Under the pieces are notes generated by a model. That model was given only the letters and a program-made list of their open reading frames with translations, did not search any database and was not told where the DNA came from. 64,000 bases of DNA from Alloascoidea hylecoeti (Eukaryota), in NCBI GenBank assembly GCA_001600815.1, contig BCKZ01000002.1, positions 1,558,294-1,622,293 on the forward strand, read 5' to 3'. Shown here in pieces: positions 36,930-50,329 of this stretch. Each line of letters opens with the position of its first letter. Positions within the stretch are counted from its first letter, which is position 1. Made by a program: the position numbers and the translations under genes.

Positions 36930-37984
36930 AATATTGTCGTGCGGGTTCTGGTTAGAATCTCAGCTGTCAAACTCATACGATATTGGGCCGGCCTCAAATA
37001 TACGCTGACCTGTAATTGTGGGCATTAGGACTTATGCTACATATATGTAACTTCTTTCACAGTGACAAATGTAAGTCTTGTACTTTTGGCCATCAAAAAC
37101 CCTTGAATTCGTCCTTTTCGGTGTTTTTTTTATTTAATAATAAAAGTTGTTGAGTAAATAGAGGGTAAATAGATCAATAGATGTAAAGTTTATACCCGTA
37201 TGAGGTATTGAAATTTGGTTTTCCGTCTTGTTTTTACAACATTACATTTTATAGAACAAAGAATTTCAACTTTCAATTGCGATTGCAAGGTCCTTACTCA
37301 ATTAACTGCTTAATAGTGTAATTTTTTAAATATTAATATATAACCCTAAACAAACAGACCGTGATCACAATATTAATTGAAGTACCAGTGTGAATTAAAA
37401 CCAAATCGTGACTTATCATTAGCTATAAATATGTAGTAATGAAATTTTGGAACCAATATTCGAAAAGTTCCCAAAATTTATTTGGTTTTAAATTTCAAAA
37501 TATTGGTACACAGAAACTATCCACTGTATTCGGTACCAGTATCGATATCAAATAGGCAGTTGTGTCAAGCCGGTAGTCTTATAGCTATAGAGTGAGTAAG
37601 TAAAAGGCAATTTTGTGCGACTACGAACAATTCGTGCACTTTCATAATATAATTCTACATAATTTCTTAACCGTTAGCTATAGCTACCACTTAACAGGAC
37701 ACTAGCCATTAATTCTAAATATAATGGTCAGTTATGCCTATATGGAACATTGTTAAAAAGCTCAACGTAGAATAAGCATAATTGACTATATAGGTAAATA
37801 TATGGATCTATAGGGTTTGCTATATTTTTGAGAAACTCCAAAGATATATTACTAATCTGATCACAATTTCTTAAACATAATGTTATCGTACACGGTTATA
37901 TAGAAGGTTATAATCACCTAGTAAAATAGCATTGTATCAGGGAAGGAAACTTCGGCTATATGCCACACAGCCAATTGCAATGTC

Positions 37985-38890
37985 TACATATAGGGTAGTT
38001 TGATAGCAACCGCCCGCACATATGCATATTCTCCGCTATGTCCACTATTTCCATAGTTTTATCATTGTTAAGAATAGGTAAAATTTAGAAAAAAACCCTC
38101 ATGCGTTAATTAGCTCTAGGAGATGGCCAGTTCAAGTTTCCCAGTAGATTGAGTGCTTTGCATGGCGTAGCACACCGATGAAGTAGCGCCAATATAGGAC
38201 TGAAAGACAGCAGATGAACATTTTCACATCAGAAATAGAGTAATATTCCGCAAAATCAACCAACTTCATATTTTGTTTATTAGCCTCTTTAGTGAGCCAT
38301 TATGAAATAGACTTATTTTCAATCGGTATATCACCATTCAATCCAGAAGAAGTCTTAAAGAAGTGCAGGATGAAAAAAATACAGATAAGCCAGTTGAAAA
38401 TATGTCTATTGTGCATGGATGATTCCCGAAGAGGCTGATAAACAAACTATGAAGTAGTTGGGTTGATTTTGCGGATGAATTTTTTATTTTTGAAGAGAAG
38501 GTTACTCTTCTGAGTTCTATCGGCGTTGTATCTTAGCCACGCAAAGTATTGACTCCACTGAAAAACTTGAATAGGCCATCTTCTAGAGCTAACCCACGTA
38601 TGAGGAGGCTTTCTAAGATTTTACCTACTTTTAACATTGATGTAACGGAAATGGTGAACAATGTTGTGCCTTCATTTTTACGATTTATTCCACTTGCCGA
38701 CGTACACGAAAGGCTTATAAAATCTATAAGGAAAACTGCTAGATTATCCTGCGTCTTACCACAGAGAAGTATATTTTATATAAACAATAAATAATTTTGC
38801 AAAAATTGTTTTAACTTTTGTTTCTTATGCCATGGAGTGTATTTTGTGCGGGCGGTTACTACAAAACTCATGCTATACGCCTATATAAAT
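37985..38890 (+). ncRNA. Candidate long rod-like hairpin RNA or foldback element
   Basis: Colinear helices 38008-38020/38845-38857 (13 bp perfect), 38110-38128/38574-38592 (19 bp, 1 G.U) and 38247-38261/38461-38475 (15 bp perfect), plus further stems. The inverted repeat is clear; its identity as an RNA gene is inference. Confidence 0.5.
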
Positions 38891-41800
38891 CAAATTCTAT
38901 ATTTGCAAACCGTAGGCTAATAATATTTGGGCATTATTAATTATAGACAGATTGTAACGAGGTATCTAGAATGGATTTTCACAGTACTTCTATAGGTTAT
39001 AACTTAATGGTAAAATATCATAAAATAAACTCCTTACACCTTTTTTGTTTAAAGCTTCGAGAAAAACAATTTCATTGCATTTATTTATGATTTATTGTGT
39101 CATATTAATACAAATTTCCCTAAAATTTTAAATCTTTTTTGCTTATTTGTGATTTATTGTGTCATACTATTAGTATGAATCTTTTAATTTTTTCGATTAT
39201 TTGAAATTATTATTATTAAGGTATTATTATTTCCATTATTGTACATATATCATGGTCATGGTTATAACTTTTAAATTTCCGCTATTATTCCTATTATGGC
39301 TCATTATTGCAATTGTAAATATTTTGCAGTGATTACCGGTATATATAAATATAACTGGTTATTAAATTACAAATTTAAAATTTAGAGTGTTTCTTATCAT
39401 TCATATTTTACATTATTGAAAACACTATCAGAAAATAATAATTATACATAGAGCTCGAGGGTTATAACAATAATAGCAAACTACATGCTATAGTTCAAAG
39501 AAACTATTGCCTAGCCTTCAAACAGATTGTAAAGAATTATTGTTAAAATATAAGGCTATTTTACTAATAATAATCATTGCCTTCTTAAACACCTCTCCCC
39601 TTTCTTATATTTATGTGTAATACATAGTTGCAAACAACATTTCATATAGTACACAAATACCTACTAATACTGCAATAATGATCAGTATAGATCAGACGAA
39701 TAATAGCGAAGGTGTGATGTCGAAATCAACAGGTTTAAGTCCCAAGCTAGTTTTCAATTGCAATAAGCCTCACAAACCATTGCAATTACAATATGAAATG
39801 ATCTCTTCACCGCAACCCGAATACAATTATATTTCAAACAATATTTCCTATGGTTTCTCAAGTTATAGTGAGTCCTCAGTATGACGCTCCTATTCGGCAC
39901 ATATACCCGATGCTGAAATTTCTCCTCGTGAATACAGCACCAGTTGTAATAAATCTCCATGTAATATTAAAGAACTAGGATATTTTGAAATGACAAATTA
40001 AGATTGATGGAATGGGTATACGTTCAAAATCTATAACGAGGTTATTAAAGTTGTATCCAACTCTTAAACCACTCTGCTTGTTAGCATTTGTTGAAATATC
40101 GGCAAATATGATTGAAAGGATCTGGTATAAAATTGAAATTAATAAACTGAATCTAATTACATTCTTAAAAAAATTACTTTAAAGATAAAAGGCAACTTTT
40201 TATTCTTTACAACTAGCACTGTATTATATCAATAAATCTTATGCTTCTAATTACAAATTTAAACATTTAAAACATAATGAGTGACCAATTATAGCCAAAG
40301 TGATAGTTAATTTTATTCAATAATCTTTTTACAATTACCCATATCCTTCAAAATTATTTAACGGTTAGTATGTAATTTTCTTCTATATAATATATAACTA
40401 ACAACATTTAATAGTAATATACTAGTTAGATAATTATAATTACACTGTTGTCCTTCACTCACGTAATCATATGGTATAATTATAATTCTAATTGTCATTA
40501 AATTTAAATTTAAATTTATAAAAAAATCAGTCTTTGTTGAGTATGGGAGCCAACCAGGTTTAATATGTATACAACATTTTCTTATATTTCTTGTTGAGTG
40601 TGGGTGTTCCTAATGGGGTAAAATGCGATCAGGATATAGGGTCCTTTGGACATAGAGCTGAGCTTAATCGACAGCTAGAAATAAATAGTTTTTGATGTTT
40701 ATATAGCTATTAAACATATAGCCTACAGATGTTAGCAGTAATACTTGTTTAGTGTTTAGTTACCCAGGTTTAATAAATAATTTTATCACTATTTTATAAT
40801 GAGTAATATAAATCGGTAATCGCAACACACGTTAATTCGTTATAATACCACATCTTAGATCTACAAGATCTATCACTTCGATAATAATCAATCAATATCG
40901 TTCCATTGCATATTCGTCCTCGAATATATCAATTAATCATTCTTTAAATTTTTTAGTGTAATTCTTGAATCAAAAGTTAGTATTTCACCTCTTTAATTGC
41001 ATATTTTCAGCGGAAATTAGGTCTAGAAGCTAGAATCTAAGTGCTAATTTCTGGTAACATCAGATTTTTCGTTGATTTATTGTAATTGGCTTAAAGGCTT
41101 GAGACACATATATTTAAACCAGCGTAAAAATTTAGTGTCAAAATTTTCAAGCTCATATAGCATAGAAGCCACAGTTTTAAGACATTAAAGTTGAAAAAAT
41201 TGTAGATGAGAGCATTTCTATGAATCAAAAGTCTGTAAATTTTGATGGTGAGTGACAATTTACGACAATAATAGTTTTTGAAAGCAATAATTATAATAAT
41301 TATGATATAGAATCAAATTCAATCGGGAGTAGTGTTATATAAACTTATACTACCCAAAGTAGTCCATAATTTGCACATATTTTATCTAGAGGTTAGCTAA
41401 AAATATTGCAAATCTAGATCCATAGATGTTAATAGTTATAATTGAAAGTATTTGGCGGACATAAGTGTACCTATAAACATATTGAAGCTAACTTAAATTT
41501 ATACATACTTTCCAAATTTTTTATCATTATATAATATGTATAAGATATAAAGCTTTATAAGCATCGGCATATTCGTTAAACCTATAGCTTCGGCTCAATT
41601 ATAATTGATTGAAGTTATCCGCACCGTGAAATCAATTAATTGAGAATTAGCCGATAGGTATGTGAAATATTAAATTTATCTTTTCAAGGGTAACTAAACA
41701 CATTATATGATGATGATTATATAATTTCTATTTGTACCAAAATCTTCAGAATTTCAGTTGTTATTAGGGTAGCCATAGCAATCATATGTTCTATTGTGAG

Positions 41801-44097
41801 TGTGTGATAACTGAACTTATTATTATATAAGCTAAACCTGTATAGAACTTTTGGACAGTAATGATCGGGTAGTCAACCTAAATATTATAAGAAGTTAATG
41901 CTATACTTATTTATTAGATCAATACTATTATAATTATAAGTAGTAATAATATAAGATAAATTGATAATCGACATACACTGCTCTATTATATGAGTAAGAA
42001 AACTTAGACAGTGTCACAGTACTGAATATCGAAGTTCTTATAATATAACCTTATACTATTTACCATATATTCACCTAAAAGCTACAAATGCCTCCAGCAA
42101 TTTATAAATGGTGTATTTGATGATCATTTAAGTAGTTCACTTTATCATGAAATATTTAGTTAGCTATATAATCACATAATCATTTGTTACGATAATATAT
42201 ATATTAATATGGAGTGCACTGAAAATAGGCAACTTCCTTTGTCGAGAAAGTTTGATTCCCGGTAATATGCATGCAAATTCTACATATTACGCCATGAGGA
42301 ATCATCCTATCACACACATGTATGCACGCATCTAAATACGGGAAATGATATTGAGGTTTACACAATTATATGCAACTGTGACTTTTTGTGTGGCTGCGAA
42401 ATATGGAGCCCACATATTTAAGAAATTAAGAAATTGAGAATATATTTGATAAAGAAGCTTAAGTGCAAAAATTAATTTGAAACTACTAGATTTAAATTTG
42501 TCATTTATCTACTTTTACTCGTCTTCAATATACGAATGAAGTGATTTTGGTGTTGTGATCACATATTATGGGAGGGGTCGTTTAAATTTTTTTGTTTCTC
42601 ATAAAAGTTGTTCATTTTCAGTGACCCCACCATATACACTGTAAAGTATATGTCCAATTTTCGAGAATATTTGAATTTGACATAACATAATTATATTCTA
42701 TTACCAAATGCACAATTACTTGCAGTAAGATTATATATTATAATAATACTAATGTACATTGTACACTTAATTCAGGTACCGCTTAGGGTAGACCAGTCCC
42801 AAGTTTTGTAAAGCTCTAAGGCCGAAATTTTTAAAATATTCAAGGGTTGAATTATCAAATCCATGATTATAACTATGTAACAAACATTAATATAAATTTA
42901 ATAGCCTAATATTCATATATGAATTAAGAAAAACTAATTATTATGGTACTTTAAATTTAATTACAAGTGCAATTGGATACCTTCAAACTCCAATAATCGG
43001 AAAGTTGAGGGATGAATAATTTTGTCATTAAATGTATCCACATATTTATTGTGATGGGGCGTATATTATAAATATTCGATCATTCTAGAACTATTAGTAT
43101 TAGTATAAAAGCAGTTAGTAATAGGATATAAAAATTAGTTAATCAACGTTACATTTATTTAGTTGATTAATTCCATAACTAATGATCATAATATAACTAA
43201 TCGGATAATATTATTATAAAACCAATTGTTCATGATTCCCCAGCAGTGGGCCAGCACCCAGATCACCAATTTACCAAGGCTTCTAACTCAAACAGGTTAC
43301 ATATCATTCAAGGATGTCATCAAGTAGATCGTATATATAAATATTAAGAGGCCTATTTCTTTTGTGGACGCCTTATGCCTAACCATTTATGATTATATCA
43401 AATGAACCCAATTGCTAAAAATATATAATGAAGGATTAAAAGTACAAACTTAATACTATGGTATATAATATAAGTTGTTATATAAGAAAATTATTAACGG
43501 CATTGTTTTCGTAAATACATATGCATTCAATATGCATAATTAAAAGGTACTGCATTCCAAATGGCTGAGCCCAAATTAAACTTAAGAATAATATTATAAG
43601 TTAGCGTTAACTAAACTTATTTTAATTTGTGACGGGATGGAAATTATAATTAAATTACGATTATAGTGTATGCTGCAACTGAAGTTACTGAACAAAAAAA
43701 TTGACAAATCCGTTTAAATCTTCGTATTACTAATGTATATGTATTATGTATCCAAATCAAACAATGAAACCCGGTTGGAGAAGTTAGGAATTTCTGGGAT
43801 AGATTTAATTATAGCCATATATGATATTGCTTCCAATTATTTTGTTATAAACGTTAACGTTTCATTCTTCTTCAAATCTAGTCTGATGACTTTGATCATT
43901 GCAATTACTACTGCATGCACATATATATGGACATAGTTACAGTGACATATTTTTTTATCAAAATTGTCACAAGAAATTTATTTAAGCTGATCGATCAAAG
44001 CAAGGATACTAATGTTAATTATTAATATTCCTTCTTCTGACTAATCTTCTTTCAATTGTAAGATCATGATCATAATAAAATTCCAATTAGTATTAAT

Positions 44098-44099
<2 letters not shown>

Positions 44100-44129
<30 letters not shown>
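44100..44129. repeat. (TA)n microsatellite
   Basis: Uninterrupted TA run of ~14-15 units. Confidence 0.95.
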
Positions 44130-44132
<3 letters not shown>

Positions 44133-47100
44133 TTATAAGCTTATAGGCCAATTTGTTAAGATAACATAACATATATACTCAATATTAATTGCAATTGTAA
44201 CTTTATAACCGTCCGGGAAAAGTACATACTTAACTTTACCCACACATACCTCTAAACCTTTACTAGAACTCAATTCATTGATCATATAAGTATTCTCACT
44301 TTATACATGTTTATAATTGACCGAATATAAAGATCTTTAAAATTTTTACTATTTATATTTACAACTATTATATAGCTGCGCCTAAGATCTATGTAATACT
44401 ATTTTACAATGAGGGATAATTATAATTTTGTACTCCTTAGTTTAGGCCTATATATATATATATATTAGAGCTTAAGTATAACCAATTGAAACCTTAAAGT
44501 ACGATCCCAATAGAATCAGCTCCTTGCTTCCTACAAGTTATAATATATTAGACGTATAAAATGAATTATGCAGTATTTGAAGTAAGTGAGTTCATCAAGA
44601 CTAAGAATCGTCAGGTCGAATTATGTAAGTCTATCATAAATTCATAATACCAACATACGGGCTTAGAAAATCAATATAGTAATATTACTCTCCTCGGTGT
44701 TCCACCAGAACCCCAGCCCCAATTAGGGTTCTTGACAGCCATTAGGAAAGCCGTCTCGAGAGAATCACAGAGAGCTGATATTATGCAGTATGATATAATA
44801 TCAATAATGTGACAACTACCTGTTTATTTACCCAGGTTTAATACATATATATTCTTATTATTAATTAATTTGACAATTTCGATGCCTTATTGAATTCATG
44901 TATATGGCTTATAATAGAATCATAAGTAACATGTTGTGTACTTACGTACCATGATTATATATATGGAATAATTTTAAAAACATTATTTAGGTTTTATATT
45001 TCCTGATTATAATTTATAAATAAAGATGTTAATAAAACATATATGAAAAGATATTACTAGCTATATCCATCTATAGCTAGCTATAGAGGAACAAGTGCTA
45101 GACTATTGGCTAGCTATATTCAAGATCTTCTAATTCTCTAAACTTTGTATAGACCTATAAATAAAACCAGTGAAATATGCATTTACCGGTATATAGCTTG
45201 GCCTATATGAATAAATTTTGGGAGGGAGAAATTATAGATTAATGACTAATAGTTGCTTTTAGTAAACTATAGCTATAATCCCACTGCAGCTGTTATTATA
45301 TTAAGAGTAACAAGAATTTTTATAAAATTACGTATACAATTGCAAGATCGCGGATAATACAATTATAGCCCTTTAATTAAGCTTAAGCTTAAATGTGTAA
45401 ATATAGGAAATATCAAACATTGATAAATGTATAACATTGTATACCATATGTTGATATAGTAATATATCATGACACCATTTAAACCTTTAAATTCAGCAAC
45501 TTTAAATTGATATTAGTCGCTATAATTATATAACTATAATAGAACATGATCTGTGTTTATGATAAGGTTCACAATAGATTTTAATATAGTAGAGTTCTGT
45601 TTACATACGCTTAAGCTTTATTCAATTAATTATAGTCATAATTTGAGATAATTGATTATAATAGAATTTAAAATTTTAGTTAAAAAACATATACTGACAT
45701 ATTTAGACCTACACGTATAGCTAGCTTTTGTTACCAGCAACTTTTTCAATTAGCTAGGGTTATATGCAAAATCTTAAATAAAGATGAGTCAAATTAAATA
45801 ATTCTGTCGTCAGAAACTATAATCTTAATTATAGCTATATAGATATAGATAAAAAAAAAAGGCTCCAATGGGCTCAGTTCAACACATCTAAACTGTTGTA
45901 TTTTTTTAAACGTACGCTTGTATTTTAAATTTATGTTATAAATATGATTGCAATTGGACTCAACCTTTGCTTTCTATTTACCTCTATTATTATAATTTGT
46001 TTGACAATAATATCGTCATTTCCGTAACTTCATATATTCCAGATCCTTCAATACTGCTTTTGGATTAAATCTCATCACTTTAAAATAAAGTTTGCAACTT
46101 TTCAATCATATTTAATCTAATCTGGCACCCAAAGTAGAAGTATGAACACTGCCCTGATAAACAATAAAGTACATAATTAGCTATAAGAGACATCCTGGGG
46201 TCTATGATCATATATATATCTATATATATCCCCGTTACCCGAAAGCGTAGTATAGCTATAGATGGGAATATTTCTACAGATGGTTGATATTGTGATCATA
46301 TATGAGTTAATTATAATATAGTACTAGATCTGCATCTTATTTTTATTATTTATGGGGATAAACATGGGTATCCGTACGTAATCGCAAGAACTATTATAAT
46401 CAATTGCAATCAACCATCTTCATAAAATTTAAAACGCTGCTACCAGTTAATTCGTATACATATCCCCAAAGTGCACCTTGAGGGGTCATCTTATCATACT
46501 CAATGTATATAAAATATTATAACATATATCCGTAAAATGAAGACAATTTAGATAAAAGTAGAAGAGCTTAAATAAACAATTAGCTTCAATTACAAGAAAC
46601 AGACTTATAACTCAATTATGCCCCTCATAGGTTATATAATATCTCCATGACCATTGACCAGAATATATTTCGATATCAATGCGTACATTCACAATATTAT
46701 AAGCATAATAGCTAAATAAACCATAATTTATTGTGCATATATTCCCCAATATATGTTCTTGATAACCCATTTCGGAACAGTTATAATTAAAAGATATAAT
46801 AGCTATAGGATCAATACCGATGTAAGAAAGTGATCTAACTATTTATGCCGTTAAATCTGCTCTGGTCTGTAGCCATTTATATTAACAATTGATCAGTAGA
46901 TGTAGCTATAAACGTCACATGTATCAGCTATAGGTCTACAGCTAGTTATTTAAATTTATAGCTTTCATTGAACTCTAAATTGTTCTGTTTAAAACCTTCT
47001 CTATTTTTATTGTATATAATAAACCAATGACGACCTTGATTGATTATTGCTGTTTGGAAGGTAAATATATATATAGTCTCACAACTGTGTTATGTATAAG

Positions 47101-50100
47101 TATATACATATAATATATAGGCTTATAAGACTTATAGCTACGGATACTTAAAGTTATAATCATATTGTATAGAACTATCATATGAGCTGATGTTGGTCTA
47201 GCTATATACTGAAGGTGTCACCTCTATAATAAATTTAAAAATCCTTAGAGTTAAATTAGAAGATTTCAAAACTATTAAATTAGAAATTAATCATATGTTC
47301 AAATAATAATATATGGAGTTGAAATCGTGAAAACTACAATAGCATTTAATAATTGGTCTATTAGATGGTGACCTCATACTCTAATAAATTAATAGAAACA
47401 GTGAATATATAGCATAGAACTTTTAAAGTATCAATTGTAGATAATTGTCTTTTTGATTTAATTTTAGTGATTTAACAATTACTTATCTAATCGTAATACT
47501 TTCCACACAATGTTACCGTACACATGCAAAACATTCATTTATATATATATATTGTTTAAGTGTAATTATGAATCAGATGATGAAAGTAGTGGAACTGAAG
47601 CAAACTATCATTACAATTGTAATTACAAGCACATCAACCGCCAAACTATATATAGATTAATGATCACTGTTGAAAATAATCAATTGAAATCACTCGAGTT
47701 TTCTAAAATAGTTCAAGCAATATTTCACTTATAACTATTTATATTTTTCCATGGATATCGATAAAGACCACATAACGATATCAGGAGAATATACCTAATT
47801 AGTTAAGTACTGATACTAGTACCTAATACGTACGGTCTAACTAGGATGATATATATAGTGTATTAGTAGCTACCTGTTTTTCAAAATGGAATATGTAGCA
47901 AGAATATCTTTTAATCAACATTTACAAAAATTGGAGAATTGACTGAATTAGAACGCATTATATTAACATGATAACTCCTTGGTTTGATGATTTATTGACC
48001 ATTAACTAGTTGTGCAACATCTTACAAGGTTTTTATTATTGATCATAACCTTGCTATGATCAATAATAGTTTATATATCATGAATAGTAGGCGTATGATT
48101 ATAAGATATAATTACATGTATGTATAAACAATGTTGATTATATAGGAGGTAATATTTCCCATATGCATGAAATATGGTGCAGCAGAGTCAGCTAGATTTT
48201 GGGCCATATAACCACTATTCTGGTACCATTCAAGAAAACTTATAGCGAGACAAATCTGGTATATGAACATTAGAAAAAGAAATCTGTAACACAAACATAA
48301 ATGCATGTAGTCGGATAAATTCCAAAACAGTATCTAACTCTAATATCCAACTATAATAAAATAATTTCCTCAGTTTTATTTAGGTCGAGACCGGTATATT
48401 TAGGAGTATATCATTATTATGGCATGTGTAGTGCCTGCAGGTGACAAGTACTAGTTGCACGTTAATGTTGCAATTAAGTTCTGATTTTTTATTAAACAAA
48501 TAATTATAATTATAATAATCACAACTATAATAATAATATATAAGCTTATATGGTTGTGATTAATACTACGCATAAAAATACTATTACAATACAAAAATTT
48601 ATACATCACTGAAATATTGTTTTGGTTAATTATTCAATTATATCAATTAGTATTGACACAATATTAATATACATGTATTGTAACAATCATCCTAGTCCTG
48701 ATATAATCAATTTTTTGTAGCTAGCTTAACAGCTATATAATATTAAAAAATGATGAATCTATCCTCATATAATGAAGTAACGTTCCACCACATATACTAT
48801 ATATATATTATCTCCTATGGCCTGTTTTATTCAAAAAGAAATATAGATAGCTCTGTAAAATTGGAATATAGCAGCTACTTCATGACATTTAATCTAAAAC
48901 ATAATTCTTCGGAATAGATGAAACCTGAAATTTCTTAACAAATTGTTTATCTATATACTATAGAAATCACAAAGTGTAAGCCCATACACATGTATAATTT
49001 GAATGACTGTGACACTGACAAGTATATCTAAAACTATTAACTACACATAGCGAGTAAAAAAATACGGCTGCTGATACATGTAAATATTTATTATAATTAA
49101 AGGTACACAGAATATTTTTGTACCACAGTATGTAATTCGCTTTCCCTTACTTAAGATTAACTCGCTTTGACCATTTTGTTACTTTAGGAACGTATCAGAT
49201 TTACGGTTGCAGTTCCTCCATTTTTGAAATGATGCAACCTAAAATATATAAGGTTTTTTTCTCGTGATAAAGTTTCTCATAGCTAAGGTGCAGATATTCC
49301 TATTCATACAAACTTGAACTACTTTATTATCGTATAAAGTAGCCTTATTGATTTAAAAGCCAATTGCAATTGAAGAATGGGGTGCATATAGCAATTGGAT
49401 AGAACCAAACTCGTTTTAATTAATCTATATTTATCTACTAATAAACTAATTAAATTAATTAATTAACTATGTATATTTGCAGATCCAGAATATAAAATTA
49501 AAGAGGTTATAAAACTTATAATTATTAATAATAGTAATTAAAAAGGCTAACTTATAATTAATCAATCTCAATTGATTATAGAGGTAATTATAAAAGTCTT
49601 ACCCGAGATTGAGGACCTTCGACTGTAATTAACAGTTGCAACGGTCATTCTATAACATCGAATAGTAAAAGTATAACGATACTATTCATAATTATAAAGA
49701 ATTCGAACATGTTTAAGCAAATGCTATAAAAAAAAATTACATATAATATTAGGGACAAAACGGTTGGATGAAAATAATAATAAAATTTCTTATGGGAGCC
49801 AAAATACTCTACTTTCTACACACATCACATATATCATTATTTTTTATGTGGTAGCATTCAATTTTACTCCCGTGTTTTATTGTAAATTCATGAACGGATC
49901 CTGCACCGTAAACAAGATAAATGAACCAAAACATTATCGATATACAATACAAAAGATTTATCCTTACCATTACCTCGCAATAAAATTAAATAATCATATT
50001 TGATCTCATAAGTGATGGGAAGACCAAAAATATTAGTGTGGCACTTTTTCCGTGTCAGTTTCCTGGTAATGAACGGAAATGCATATAAAAGAAAATACTT

Positions 50101-50329
50101 CCCACATTCAATTGCAATTGAAGTGTCAAAATCCAGTATAGTAGTTACAAATATTCAATCCAAACATCATCCTTGCTATTGTTTTTATAGAGTATTAGTA
50201 GTTACTGAAAATCCATCATTTGACCTTTGGATAGCATTCAATATATTCATTGTCAAAATAATTGACAGCACTAGAAATATTAGTATTGAATTTCAAAACC
50301 AAAAAATTTCATAATTATTCATTCACAAT

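Noticed and set aside
38761..38769. U6 snRNA ACAGAGAAG box
   Set aside because: Flanking U6 sequence (ATTAGCATGG etc.) is absent.
38549..50314. Short ORFs (60-100 aa) in the desert
   Set aside because: No motifs and composition typical of AT-rich noise; several lack ATG.
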